From Gammaproteobacteria bacterium (GTDB lineage: Bacteria; Pseudomonadota; Gammaproteobacteria; QZLD01): a stretch of DNA of 64,000 nt. The notes under the pieces were generated by a model that made no database searches, was not told the DNA's origin, and worked only from the letters and a program-made list of their open reading frames with translations. A program made the position numbers and the translations under genes. Location: the NCBI GenBank assembly GCA_033852075.1, contig JAWSVC010000013.1, positions 23,879 through 87,878 on the forward strand, in the 5' to 3' direction. Shown here in pieces: positions 20,440-31,067 of this stretch (its first letter is position 1; every line of letters starts with the position of its first letter).

Positions 20440-22011
20440 CTATTTTTCAAACATAGATTTCAGTGCATTCCTATCTAGCTTACCAGCCCCTGTAAGTGGC
20501 AGAGCTTCTCCAATTTTGATCTGTTTAGGAATTTTGAATCTTGCCAGCTGACTACCACAAAATTCAATAAGCTCTTCCTGGGTTATTTCAACACCAGGTC
20601 TTAAAACAACTAAAGCAACTGGCGCTTGTCCCCATTTTTCATCTTTTATACCAACGGAAATCGCTCCAGCAACAGCAGGATGCCGTTTTAAAGCTAATTC
20701 AATTTCTTCAGGAGATATATTCTCTCCGCCTGATATAAACATATTGTCGGCTCTACCAACTATTGATATCAATCCATCTTCATCTTCAACAGCCAGATCT
20801 CCGGTATACACCCATCCACCTTCCATAAAGAGCTTTTCTGTTCGCCAGTGATCATTCAGATAACCACCAAAGTTATGAGGGCTACGCATGCACAAAACAC
20901 CCTCCTCACCGCGTTTAACATCTTCTTTTGTTTCCGGGTCAATAATTTTGTAATCACAGTGAGCCATTGAAAAACCAATCTTTCCTGATTTTGACTGTAC
21001 TTCTTCAGGCGTACCCTCATATAAAACACTAACAAAATTTGAAGGGCCTGCCTCTGTCATCCCATAGGCTTGATTAGTAATAATACCCTTATCCCAAAAC
21101 GGTTTTAATACAGATTCTGAACACGGAGCTGCTGCAGTAGTTAATATTGAAACCGAACTAAAATCAGTTTCTGCAAACTTAGGACTTGCAGCCATAAATT
21201 GCAACATGGCCTCCACAGCTCCAAAACTAACAATTTTTTCTTTTTCTATAGTTTCAAGCGCAAGCTCAGGGTTAAATGTCCGCAATACTGCTACCTTTGC
21301 TCCAATATAATATGATGGAATCAATGAGTTCCACCCCCCAATATGAAAGAACGGGAACGTAAGCATTATATGCGCTTCATATGGAGCATAAAAAGTAAAG
21401 GCATTAGTCATAAGCTCGAATGCATTCCATATCATTTGACGATATGGTACTACACAGATCTTAGGAACAGCTGTAGTGCCACCAGTATGTATATACATTT
21501 GTGTAGCACTCATGGGCAAAGGTACATTCACATCCTCTACAGGACGATTCATTATTTCCCCTTCGTAAAAAAATTCATTATCACCAACCCTGACCATTTC
21601 AGCAACTGAGGATGGTACTGCCCACGTTTCTGCCAAACCAGCAAAAATATCTTCATAGAATACAACCTTAGGTTGGATTCTATTCATTAAATCTTCCAGC
21701 TCATTCTTATGTAATGCATAACTTAGGGGAGAAAGGATATATCCCAATTTGCCACATGCAAAATACAGATCTATCGCCTCTATCCTATTAGTCATTAAAA
21801 TACAGACTCTATCGCCACGTTCCACTTTAAGAACATCCCTAAGATAAGCCCCTAATTTATTGGCTCTATCATCCATTTCTTTGAACGTATATTTTTTCCC
21901 GGCTACGACATCAACAACTGCGTCAAGAAAAGGCGTTATTTTCGCTCTTTGCCCACTCAAATTTCCAACCCAGTCCATTGGTACATCATCGTAACTATTT
22001 AATAAAGGCAT
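20440..22011 (-). CDS. AMP-dependent acyl-CoA synthetase/ligase
   Basis: 523 aa with the AMP-binding motifs YIHTGGTTAVPK, GYGMTE-like QAYGMTEAG, YTGD and GKLDR. Confidence 0.85.
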   Translation of the reverse strand: MPLLNSYDDVPMDWVGNLSGQRAKITPFLDAVVDVVAGKKYTFKEMDDRANKLGAYLRDVLKVERGDRVCILMTNRIEAIDLYFACGKLGYILSPLSYALHKNELEDLMNRIQPKVVFYEDIFAGLAETWAVPSSVAEMVRVGDNEFFYEGEIMNRPVEDVNVPLPMSATQMYIHTGGTTAVPKICVVPYRQMIWNAFELMTNAFTFYAPYEAHIMLTFPFFHIGGWNSLIPSYYIGAKVAVLRTFNPELALETIEKEKIVSFGAVEAMLQFMAASPKFAETDFSSVSILTTAAAPCSESVLKPFWDKGIITNQAYGMTEAGPSNFVSVLYEGTPEEVQSKSGKIGFSMAHCDYKIIDPETKEDVKRGEEGVLCMRSPHNFGGYLNDHWRTEKLFMEGGWVYTGDLAVEDEDGLISIVGRADNMFISGGENISPEEIELALKRHPAVAGAISVGIKDEKWGQAPVALVVLRPGVEITQEELIEFCGSQLARFKIPKQIKIGEALPLTGAGKLDRNALKSMFEK

Positions 22012-22397
22012 CTGTTTGTTCCCTCAAGTCATTATTTTCATCAACATATTAAAACGACCCATAGCAATACTTTTTTATCATATTGATGTTAAATTGGGAT
22101 AATGTTGAACTATTAATAATTTTAGTCGAAAAAATAGTGGCAACACTCAATGTTTACAGTCTTTATAGCATTTTTTTACAAAATGAGATCTATTACGCAG
22201 GTCAATAGTGATAGCCTCTATCCAAAGAGCTTTAACTCGTCTATTCTTATAGTATTAAAGTTGTTCACAGGCCGCATAAAACGATGTTTGTAAAATCTGC
22301 AAGATGGTTAAATCCTGCACTATTTTGGGTCATTTTAAACTGATTTTTATAAATTTAATCGATTTTTGCGACTATATTTTCGTGCATTGAGGGATAT

Positions 22398-23198
22398 ATG
22401 GAACAAAATATTTCAATTGGAGATCTTCATATTCTAATAGTTGAGCCTTCCTCTGCTCAGCGTCGAATAATAATAGAGGAGATGAATAGTGTCGGCATTA
22501 TTAATATCGATGAAGCATGTAATGGTCAGGAAGCATTAGAATCAATGGAAAAATACCCTCCCGATCTTGTAGTCAGCGCCATGTATTTCAATGATATGAC
22601 TGGTAACAACATCATCAATGCCATGCGCGTTAGTGAAGACCTAAAAGATATTCCATTCATGCTGATTTCCAGCGAAACAGATGAACACTTTCTTGATCCA
22701 ATGCGCCAGGCTGGCGTTATTGCAATATTACCCAAGCCTTTTGAGCGTCTTGCACTTAAGAAAGCCGTATATGCGACATTAGACTATATTTCTCCTGAAC
22801 AACTCGAACTTAATGACTTTGATGTTGAAGATTTACGTGTTCTTGTTGTTGACGACAGTCTTATGGCGCGAAAACATATCATGCGCATTTTATCATTAAT
22901 GGGTATAGAGAAAATTTTTCAGGCAAAGGATGGTGTAGAAGCCGTTGAACTTCTTAAAGAAAACATGTACGACCTAATTGTAACCGACTATAACATGCCT
23001 GAAATGGATGGAAGAGCCTTGATAGAATATGTTCGCAAAGAAAGTGCTCAACCTGACATACCAATTCTTATGGTTACCAGTGAAACTAATGAAACAAGAC
23101 TTGCATCTATCCAGCAGTCCGGGGTTTCCGCTATATGTGATAAACCATTTGAAACATCTACTGTAAGGGAGATGATCCAAAGGATTATGTCAAATTAA
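22398..23198 (+). CDS. Stand-alone double receiver (REC-REC) protein; the first REC is degenerate
   Basis: REC1 has VEPS in place of the acidic pair and VVSAMYF in place of the phospho-acceptor Asp. REC2 is canonical (VVDDS, LIVTDYNMPEMDG, MVTSE, CDKPF). Confidence 0.8.
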   Translation: MEQNISIGDLHILIVEPSSAQRRIIIEEMNSVGIINIDEACNGQEALESMEKYPPDLVVSAMYFNDMTGNNIINAMRVSEDLKDIPFMLISSETDEHFLDPMRQAGVIAILPKPFERLALKKAVYATLDYISPEQLELNDFDVEDLRVLVVDDSLMARKHIMRILSLMGIEKIFQAKDGVEAVELLKENMYDLIVTDYNMPEMDGRALIEYVRKESAQPDIPILMVTSETNETRLASIQQSGVSAICDKPFETSTVREMIQRIMSN

Positions 23199-23261
23199 TA
23201 TATTTTTAACATGACTGCTAGCAAATAAAAATCCCCGCATATTTTAAGGCAACCTAGCCTT

Positions 23262-25895
23262 ATGGAGTCAACGATGTCTAATCCAGTAGTTCACCATAGA
23301 AAAGATTACACAGAATCAAATTTCCTGATTGAGGATGTTGCACTGGTAGTAGAAATATTCGACGAATATACATTAGTTACATCTACGCTCTCAATATTAA
23401 AAAATCCAGCCAAACCTGAATCAGGTAATGAGTTAATACTAGATGGAGTTGATCTTGAATTTATCTCTGCCAGCATTGATGGAAAACAATTAAAATCTCC
23501 GGAAATTAAAATAGATTCCGACCATCTAACTATTAATAATACTCCTAATAAATTCAGCCTTAGCACGCAATGTAAGATCTATCCTGATCAAAACACATCA
23601 CTTGAAGGATTTTATCGCTCTAACGCTATGTTATGTACCCAATGTGAAGCAGAGGGATTTCGAAAAATAACCTACTTCCTTGATCGCCCAGACATACTAT
23701 GCACATACAAAACCACTCTTAAGGCAGATAAATCGAAGTTCCCTATTCTGCTGGCAAATGGTAATCGTGTTAATCATGGCGATCTTGATCAAGGACGCCA
23801 TTTCGCAACTTGGATTGATCCATCAAAAAAGCCTTCGTACCTATTTGCTATGGTTGCAGGAGACCTGGAAGTTCATAAAGATAACTTTAAAACCTACTCT
23901 GGAAAAAACATTCAGCTTGAAATTTATATTGAAGAAGCTAATGTCGGCAAAACCGGACATGCAATGGAATCATTAAAAAATGCTATGCGCTGGGATGAAG
24001 AGGTATACGGCCGCGAATATGACCTTGATATCTATATGATAGTTGCTACAGATGACTTTAATATGGGAGCAATGGAAAACAAGGGCTTAAATATATTTAA
24101 CTCTAAGTACGTACTTGCCAATCAGAATACCGCAACTGATTCTGACTATGAAGGAATAGAGAGCGTAATTGCTCATGAATATTTCCATAACTGGACTGGC
24201 AATCGTATCACCTGCCGAGATTGGTTTCAGTTAAGTCTTAAAGAAGGGCTAACAGTTTACAGAGATCAGCAGTTTTCTGGCGACATGAACTCAAAATCTG
24301 TAAAACGCATAAATGATGTAAAAATTCTAAGGTCACACCAATTCCCTGAAGATTCAGGGCCTATGGCTCATCCAGTCCGCCCTGAATCATATATTGAAAT
24401 GAATAACTTCTACACCGTCACCGTATACAACAAAGGGGCTGAGGTCATTCGAATGTACCACACCTTACTTGGTGATGAAGGTTTCCATAAAGGTATGGAT
24501 TTGTATTTTATGCGCCATGATGGTCAGGCAGTTACCTGTGATGATTTTCTAAATGCAATGGCAGACGCAAATAACACTGACCTATCACAATTTTCATTAT
24601 GGTATAGCCAATCAGGAACACCAATACTTGAAATTACTGATAATTATAACAAAACCACCCAAAGCTACACGATAAATATTAAACAGAGCTGCCCAAATAC
24701 TCCAAACCAAGACAACAAACAACCATTCCACATTCCATTTGAGTTTGGAATGCTAGACCCTTACGGTAGAGATATCGAAATTGCCGGAAAAAAATCTACT
24801 GTATTAAACATCACTGCAGAAGATTCGAACTTCACCTTTGACGGAATATCTGAAAGACCTGTTCCTTCATTTTTGCGCGGTTTTTCTGCCCCGGTTAAAA
24901 TTGAATATCCATATACCGATGATCAACTTTCATTCTTAATGTCACACGACAGCGATGATTTTAACCGTTGGGAATCCGGACAAAAACTAGCAATTAATAT
25001 AATAAAAACTCTTGCAGAAGCCGATAAAAACGACTCTGCTATGGAAATAGATTTACGTTATATCACTGCTTTCAAGAATACATTGCTAAGCCATCAACTT
25101 GATAAATCATTTATATCGTTGGCACTATCGCTACCTTCTGAAACATATCTATTAGAAACTCTGGGTGGTGAAAATATTGATTGCATTTTAAAAGCCAGAA
25201 ACTTTATCCGTAAAGAGATAGCAAATAAACTTCGTCAAGAACTAATAACAATATATCAAACCAATTTAAGCGATGAACCATATTCAATAACCCCGGAAGC
25301 AATTGGTAAACGCAGTTTAAAAAATCTAGCTCTTGGATATTTAATAGCATTAGAAGATGAAGAAACTATTAATCTATGCAATACCCAATTTTATGATAAT
25401 GACAATATGACGGATGAAATCAGTGCATTAACAATGCTATCACATACTGAACATTCTTCTCGTCAAAAAGCTCTGGATCATTTTTATGACCGCTGGCAAA
25501 AAGAGCCTTTAGTGGTAGATAAGTGGTTTGCAATTCAAGCCATGTCTAAACGCCCAAACACTCTTGATGACGTAAAAAGACTTATGAACCACCCTGCTTT
25601 TAACATTAAAAACCCTAATAAGGTAAGAGCTCTAATAGGATCTTTCTGTCAGGGTAATCTGCTTGAATTCCATAAAAATGATGGATCTGGATATAAATTT
25701 ATTGCAACACAAGTTTTAAGACTTGATGCAATTAACCCTCAAATAGCGGCTAGAATTGTGAGTTCGCTAATCAACTGGAGAAAATTTGATAATAATCGCC
25801 AAGCACTTATAAAAGAGCAACTTGAAAAGATTATAGCTTCAGATGACTTATCAAAAAATGTATTTGAAATTGCTTCTAAGGGTCTTCATGGGTAG
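23262..25895 (+). CDS. pepN: Aminopeptidase N (M1 family)
   Basis: 877 aa with GAMEN, HEYFHNWTGNR and WFQLSLKEGLTVY. Confidence 0.95.
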   Translation: MESTMSNPVVHHRKDYTESNFLIEDVALVVEIFDEYTLVTSTLSILKNPAKPESGNELILDGVDLEFISASIDGKQLKSPEIKIDSDHLTINNTPNKFSLSTQCKIYPDQNTSLEGFYRSNAMLCTQCEAEGFRKITYFLDRPDILCTYKTTLKADKSKFPILLANGNRVNHGDLDQGRHFATWIDPSKKPSYLFAMVAGDLEVHKDNFKTYSGKNIQLEIYIEEANVGKTGHAMESLKNAMRWDEEVYGREYDLDIYMIVATDDFNMGAMENKGLNIFNSKYVLANQNTATDSDYEGIESVIAHEYFHNWTGNRITCRDWFQLSLKEGLTVYRDQQFSGDMNSKSVKRINDVKILRSHQFPEDSGPMAHPVRPESYIEMNNFYTVTVYNKGAEVIRMYHTLLGDEGFHKGMDLYFMRHDGQAVTCDDFLNAMADANNTDLSQFSLWYSQSGTPILEITDNYNKTTQSYTINIKQSCPNTPNQDNKQPFHIPFEFGMLDPYGRDIEIAGKKSTVLNITAEDSNFTFDGISERPVPSFLRGFSAPVKIEYPYTDDQLSFLMSHDSDDFNRWESGQKLAINIIKTLAEADKNDSAMEIDLRYITAFKNTLLSHQLDKSFISLALSLPSETYLLETLGGENIDCILKARNFIRKEIANKLRQELITIYQTNLSDEPYSITPEAIGKRSLKNLALGYLIALEDEETINLCNTQFYDNDNMTDEISALTMLSHTEHSSRQKALDHFYDRWQKEPLVVDKWFAIQAMSKRPNTLDDVKRLMNHPAFNIKNPNKVRALIGSFCQGNLLEFHKNDGSGYKFIATQVLRLDAINPQIAARIVSSLINWRKFDNNRQALIKEQLEKIIASDDLSKNVFEIASKGLHG

Positions 25896-26075
25896 AACTC
25901 CCCAAACCTAATCCCTCTTGCATAAATGTGACTCATTTCACAAATAAGTCTTTACTTATATAATTAACTCATTATAATGGGTTGCATATTACACAATTTG
26001 TATTGCGACACATAGCCTATTCAATTTACAACTTTTTTATTAAAAAACACAAATAATAATTTTCTAGGGGAAAAC

Positions 26076-26243
26076 ATGAAAAAGCTTCTTCAGTCATCTG
26101 CTAAAATTTTGCTTTTAATTATATGTATTACTGCTAATATAACAGCTCTTTATCATGTAGTTGATGGAACAGTTACGTATTCAGATGGACTTGACGTAAG
26201 TCAATATGAGGAAATTAGCAGTGTCAAACTTAGTTTTTACTGA
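26076..26243 (+). CDS. Small signal/anchor peptide with a DUF4124-like motif (55 aa; not in the supplied ORF track)
   Basis: The ATG at 26076 is preceded by AGGGGA. It encodes MKKLLQSSAKILLLIICITANITALYHVVDGTVTYSDG..., which resembles the YxWxDxxGxxxYSD motif. Confidence 0.4.
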   Translation: MKKLLQSSAKILLLIICITANITALYHVVDGTVTYSDGLDVSQYEEISSVKLSFY

Positions 26244-26406
26244 TGCATTTAGCGATAATACAGAAAGACGTAGATTTAGAAGACGTCAAACAGATGATAG
26301 ACGTTCTTTTCAAAGATTTGAGCCTGGGAAAATAACCGCAGATCGCAGAAAGTCACTTTCGGATAGACGCGAATGTGAAACTTTCGGAAGATTATCTCTG
26401 ATCTAA
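26206..26406 (+). CDS. Arg-rich small ORF with repeated DRR motifs (possibly the continuation of the preceding ORF after a frameshift)
   Basis: 66 aa containing ERRRFRRRQTDDRRSFQR ... ADRRKSLSDRRE. It overlaps the 3' end of the 55-aa ORF in another frame, around a T5 run (26234-26238). Confidence 0.3.
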   Translation: MRKLAVSNLVFTDAFSDNTERRRFRRRQTDDRRSFQRFEPGKITADRRKSLSDRRECETFGRLSLI

Positions 26407-26517
26407 TTATAAATTAGTATCAGATTAGTTAATCATTAAAACATTATGGGGTATAGCAGTTTTTGCACTTTGTTGTTGAATCCTAGGTGCATTCAATACT
26501 GCTAGTATCCTTTTTTG

Positions 26518-27900
26518 CTATTTCAATAACATCCTTAAAAACTTTAGCTTATTATTGTAAGGTGGATAAGCAAAAGACATATCAGGCTTAATGCCGGATT
26601 TTAGCATCGATTTTTGATGAGAAAATCTCTTAAATCCCTCATAACCATGGTATACCCCGATTCCACTGTCTCCTATCCCTCCAAAAGGTAAGTTTGGATT
26701 TGCAAGATGGTTAATACAGTTATTAATACATCCCCCACCAAACTGAACTCCATTGATAATCTTTTCCTGAATCTGTTTTGATTCACTAAAGATGTAACAG
26801 GCAAGAGGATGTTTTGGTAATCTTGAAATAATTTCAAAAGCCTCATCCAATGACCTGTATTCAATAATCGGAAGTATTGGCCCAAATATCTCTTCTTGCA
26901 TCACCTTATCATCTAAGGAAATGTTCTCCATAAGTGTTGGGGCTATATATCTACTTCCCCGATCATGTTGCCCACCAATAATAACCTGATTAAGATTTAT
27001 CATTTCAACCAGTCTATCATGATGCTGTTCATTAACGATCCTGCCATAATCAAGCGATTGTGAAGGATCTTGTCCATACACTTCATTTATTCTTTCGACT
27101 AACTTATCCTGAAGCTCTATTTCGATATCTTCATGAACCAAAACATAGTCAGGGGCAACACATGTTTGCCCTGCATTCATCATTTTGCCGTATATAATTC
27201 TTTTGGCGGCTATCTCAAGATTTGCATCTTTATGAACTATACAAGGGCTTTTTCCTCCAAGCTCTAAGGTAACAGGTGTCAGGCTCTTTGCTGCTGCCTC
27301 CATTACGATAGAACCAACCCTAGGGCTTCCGGTAAAGAAGATATGATCAAATTTTTGTTCAAGCAATATAGTTGTCTCTTTTACTCCTCCTGGTACATAG
27401 GCAATATATTCCTTTTCAAAAACAGTATTTATTAATTTTTCTATTACAGAACTAACATGTTCAGTTAACTCAGATGTTTTGACCACAACAGTATTACCCG
27501 CTGCAATTGCCGCAACTAATGGTGCAAAAGTAAGGCCTACAGGATAGTTAAACGGAGTTATTATCAGATTTACCCCTAGTGGTTCATTATAAATCTTGCT
27601 GGAACCGGGTTTTAAATAAAAAGGCGTCTTCACCTTTTTGGGTTTCATCCACCCCTTTAGCTTTTTAATAGCGTGCCTTATATCATGTAAAACAAAGCCT
27701 ATTTCGGTTGCATACGATTCAAATGGAGACTTACCAAGATCTGTTTTTAGTGCAGCAGTAAACTCAAGCTCAAAATCCCTGATCGCCTTTCTAAGCTTAC
27801 GTAATTGCTCAATCCGAAATTTATAAGATCTGGTTACACCTGAGTCAAAAAACTCTCTTTGTCCATTTACAACTTTGATTATTCTTTGTTTCGCTGGCAT
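26518..27900 (-). CDS. NAD(P)-dependent aldehyde dehydrogenase (class 3 / coniferyl-aldehyde DH-like)
   Basis: 460 aa with ELGGKSP, the catalytic Cys context GQTCVAPDY, and EEIFGPILP. Confidence 0.9.
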   Translation of the reverse strand: MPAKQRIIKVVNGQREFFDSGVTRSYKFRIEQLRKLRKAIRDFELEFTAALKTDLGKSPFESYATEIGFVLHDIRHAIKKLKGWMKPKKVKTPFYLKPGSSKIYNEPLGVNLIITPFNYPVGLTFAPLVAAIAAGNTVVVKTSELTEHVSSVIEKLINTVFEKEYIAYVPGGVKETTILLEQKFDHIFFTGSPRVGSIVMEAAAKSLTPVTLELGGKSPCIVHKDANLEIAAKRIIYGKMMNAGQTCVAPDYVLVHEDIEIELQDKLVERINEVYGQDPSQSLDYGRIVNEQHHDRLVEMINLNQVIIGGQHDRGSRYIAPTLMENISLDDKVMQEEIFGPILPIIEYRSLDEAFEIISRLPKHPLACYIFSESKQIQEKIINGVQFGGGCINNCINHLANPNLPFGGIGDSGIGVYHGYEGFKRFSHQKSMLKSGIKPDMSFAYPPYNNKLKFLRMLLK

Positions 27901-27935
27901 TTGCCTTGCTCCGCTTGAATCTTCTTTACCTTATA

Positions 27936-28178
27936 TTATAGTTCAGCAATAACCTCTGCTGCATTATCTTCGCCAATCTCTTCCTTACATCGATCAAGTA
28001 TTTTCTGAAATAAGGTCTTAAAACCTTCTTTACCACCACCGCTCATTTGACCTGCAGCACAAATACCCATCTCAACTATAAGATTAATTTCCGCCTCGGT
28101 CAGATCTGGTGGAAATTCAACATCTCTTACACCCAGACCATCCATAAAACACTTAAGCGCAAAAATATTGTTATCCAT
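27936..28178 (-). CDS. Small acidic hypothetical protein translationally coupled to lnt
   Basis: 80 aa. Its ATG overlaps the lnt stop (ATGGATAA at 28171-28178). Confidence 0.5.
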   Translation of the reverse strand: MDNNIFALKCFMDGLGVRDVEFPPDLTEAEINLIVEMGICAAGQMSGGGKEGFKTLFQKILDRCKEEIGEDNAAEVIAEL

Positions 28179-29694
28179 TTTGCTTTATACCTCTTCTATT
28201 GATAAAAACACCTATCATTAGCAATAACACCATCAATGATATTACAGGAATATTTCCCCATCTCACATATGGTGTTTTGCCTTTTCTGGGTTGGATTGTA
28301 CCCGTTAAAATGTATTCTGCAAATTGCGGTGAATCAACTAGGATATTACCTTTATGATCTACCGTAGCTGAAATTCCGGTATTGGTTGATCTTACAAGCG
28401 GACGCCCTGTTTCCAATGAGCGCATACGGGCTATTTGTAAATGCTGGTATGGGGCGATTGAACCTTCAAACCATGCATCATTGCTTATGTTGATCATATA
28501 ATCCGCTTCGCCAAGCTCTCTGGCTATCTCATCCCCAAATACTATCTCAAAACATATTGATACTGCAGCATTATGCTTTTTGGTCTTAAGCGGCTGTTGC
28601 CTTAAATTTCCTGATGTAAAGTCGGCCATTGCTGCACCAAGAAAGTCTAACGACTCACCAAATACACTCCTGAATGGAAGATACTCTCCGAATATCACCA
28701 AATGCCGTTTTGCATAATAGGACACCCCCTGCTTATCAATAGCAATCATGGCATTGAAATATCTTTTATTTTTATGATCATATACAGGCACACCGGTAAC
28801 TATTGAAGTATTAGCTGCATTTGCCTCTTCCTGTAAATTAAGCATATATTCATCCACATAATGCAAAAAATCAGGTATCGCTGTTTCTGGCCATACTACA
28901 ACATCGACCTTACCAAATAGGTCTTTTGTAAGATCATAATATTTATCTAACGTATATTGTCTAAATTCCGGTTTCCATTTTATATCCTGTTTAATATTTC
29001 CCTGAACCACAGCAACTTTTAATGGGTATCCCGAATTTTCAGTCCATTCAATTTTCTTTAATGCAAATGATGTTGCAATTATGGTTATTATGGCTAACAG
29101 AACGCCTTTACTGGATAAGCTTTTATTTCTTTCCTGTATAACATACACCAAACCACAAGCAATAAATATTGCCGCAAAACCGACAGCATAAACACCAAAC
29201 ACGGGAACAAAAGAACTAATTGGAACATCCACAAAGGCATTACCTAATAGTAACCATGGAAAGCCAGTAAATAGCCAACCTCGCAGCCACTCGATTAATA
29301 TCCATAACGTAGAAAATATCAGTATGGCTGCAATTTTATTTTGAATATTCTTACCTAAAATTGCATATAAGATAGCAAATATTGCAGGATATAAAGCTAA
29401 AAAAGAGATAAATATTATCGCAACAAAAACACCTGCGATTGGCCCTCCCTTTCCAAACTCTGCAATGCTGATATAGATCCAATGCACACCACCAGCGAAC
29501 ATTCCAATCCCATATAGCCACCCCTGAAAAAAGGCACGTCTTTTGGGTTTTACAATTAAATTATCTTGTAACTCTTTAGATATCAGGTAGAAAAAACCTG
29601 CAAGAGAAAACAACGGAAATACCCAAAGGTTAAATGGCGCAAAACCAAGTACCCAAATCAACCCTAGAGTTATTATCAAGATGGATTTTTTCAT
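28171..29694 (-). CDS. lnt: Apolipoprotein N-acyltransferase
   Basis: 507 aa with multi-TM N-terminal and C-terminal anchors. The nitrilase-like domain has VVWPETA and SICFE (catalytic Cys). It sits in the conserved position after corC. Confidence 0.9.
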   Translation of the reverse strand: MKKSILIITLGLIWVLGFAPFNLWVFPLFSLAGFFYLISKELQDNLIVKPKRRAFFQGWLYGIGMFAGGVHWIYISIAEFGKGGPIAGVFVAIIFISFLALYPAIFAILYAILGKNIQNKIAAILIFSTLWILIEWLRGWLFTGFPWLLLGNAFVDVPISSFVPVFGVYAVGFAAIFIACGLVYVIQERNKSLSSKGVLLAIITIIATSFALKKIEWTENSGYPLKVAVVQGNIKQDIKWKPEFRQYTLDKYYDLTKDLFGKVDVVVWPETAIPDFLHYVDEYMLNLQEEANAANTSIVTGVPVYDHKNKRYFNAMIAIDKQGVSYYAKRHLVIFGEYLPFRSVFGESLDFLGAAMADFTSGNLRQQPLKTKKHNAAVSICFEIVFGDEIARELGEADYMINISNDAWFEGSIAPYQHLQIARMRSLETGRPLVRSTNTGISATVDHKGNILVDSPQFAEYILTGTIQPRKGKTPYVRWGNIPVISLMVLLLMIGVFINRRGIKQNG

Positions 29695-30536
29695 TCCCGG
29701 GTAACGCGCAATAGATGCATCCGCCTAGCATCCGCGCGCATAACTTCAAACAGCAGTCCATTTATAGAGATACTCTCCCCCCGCTCCGGAAGCCTTCCAA
29801 ACTCATGCATAACAACGCCACCAATAGTATCGTATTCATCATCGGAAAATTCAGTTTCAAAATGCTCGTTAAAGTCTTCAACTGGGGTTAGAGCTTTAAC
29901 AATACAGTGACCACTTCTATGCTGTAAGATGAACCTATCATCACTAATATCATGTTCATCATCAATATCACCAACAATCTGTTCAAGCACGTCTTCAATA
30001 GTAACCAAACCTGCAACGCCGCCATATTCATCAACAACAATTGCCATATGATTACGATTCTTTTTGAATTCTTTAAGTAATATATCAAGTGGTTTGCTTT
30101 CAGGAACATAATGCGCAGGACGCATAACCTCGCGCATATCAAAACGTTGATCTTCGTTAGCATTTGCAGCAAAACGCAACAAGTCCTTTGCCATTAAGAT
30201 CCCTTCGATCTCGTCACGACTATCACCAATTATTGGAAATCTGGAGTGCCCTGATTCGATCACGATAGGCATAAGTTCTTCTGGAGTATCATCATTTTTC
30301 CCAACAACCATTTGCGATCTGGGAATCATGATATCGCGCACTTGCATCTCTGTTACCTGCATCACCCCTTCCATCATAGATAGGGCATCCAGGTTTAATA
30401 AATTGCGCTGTTGCGCGTCACGTAATACTTCTACTAGTTCTTCTCGGTCCCTGGGTTCCCCTGTCAGCAGGTTGCTTAATCGCTCTAACCATGACTTATT
30501 CCCAGGGTTTGTACTATTCGAGTTGTCGTCCGGCAT
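29691..30536 (-). CDS. corC: CorC/YbeX family CBS-pair plus CorC_HlyC domain protein
   Basis: 281 aa. It has a CBS pair (VRDIMIPRSQM ... GLVTIEDVLEQIVGDI) and a C-terminal transporter-associated domain. It shows ATGA-type overlap with lnt. Confidence 0.9.
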   Translation of the reverse strand: MPDDNSNSTNPGNKSWLERLSNLLTGEPRDREELVEVLRDAQQRNLLNLDALSMMEGVMQVTEMQVRDIMIPRSQMVVGKNDDTPEELMPIVIESGHSRFPIIGDSRDEIEGILMAKDLLRFAANANEDQRFDMREVMRPAHYVPESKPLDILLKEFKKNRNHMAIVVDEYGGVAGLVTIEDVLEQIVGDIDDEHDISDDRFILQHRSGHCIVKALTPVEDFNEHFETEFSDDEYDTIGGVVMHEFGRLPERGESISINGLLFEVMRADARRMHLLRVTRE

Positions 30537-30584
30537 ATAGTTATTTGTATAACCCTTAAGTTGTTTATGTAACTACTATTGTAG

Positions 30585-31067
30585 TTATTCATATGGATTT
30601 GGGAAGCCTAAACTACTAATTATCTTGGTTTCCAAAGCTTCCATCTCTTCCGCTTCATCATCTTCAATATGATCATAACCAAGAAGATGCAGTACTCCAT
30701 GCACCACCATGTGCGCCCAATGAGCAATTTCTTGTTTTTGCTGTTCCTTAGCTTCACATTCAACAACCTGCGCACAAATTACAACATCACCCAAAAGCGG
30801 TATTTCCAGATCGACATCACTATTTCCAATTTCCTCTTCAAAGGCAAATGGGAATGATAATACATTGGTTGGTTTATCTTTATGACGATATTCTTTATTT
30901 AACTGAGTAATCTCTTGTGCATCGACGATTCTGATTGAAAGTTCAAACTCACCTTCTCTATCACCTATCGCAATAGCAACCCAACTCTCTATCTGCTCTT
31001 GTGTTGGCAAGGATTTATAGCCTGTGGCTATTTGCAGGTCTACAAATATATTATTTTTTTCATTCAT
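30585..31067 (-). CDS. ybeY: rRNA maturation endoribonuclease YbeY
   Basis: 160 aa with the zinc motif [11 protein letters not shown]. It overlaps the phoH-like stop. Confidence 0.9.
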   Translation of the reverse strand: MNEKNNIFVDLQIATGYKSLPTQEQIESWVAIAIGDREGEFELSIRIVDAQEITQLNKEYRHKDKPTNVLSFPFAFEEEIGNSDVDLEIPLLGDVVICAQVVECEAKEQQKQEIAHWAHMVVHGVLHLLGYDHIEDDEAEEMEALETKIISSLGFPNPYE

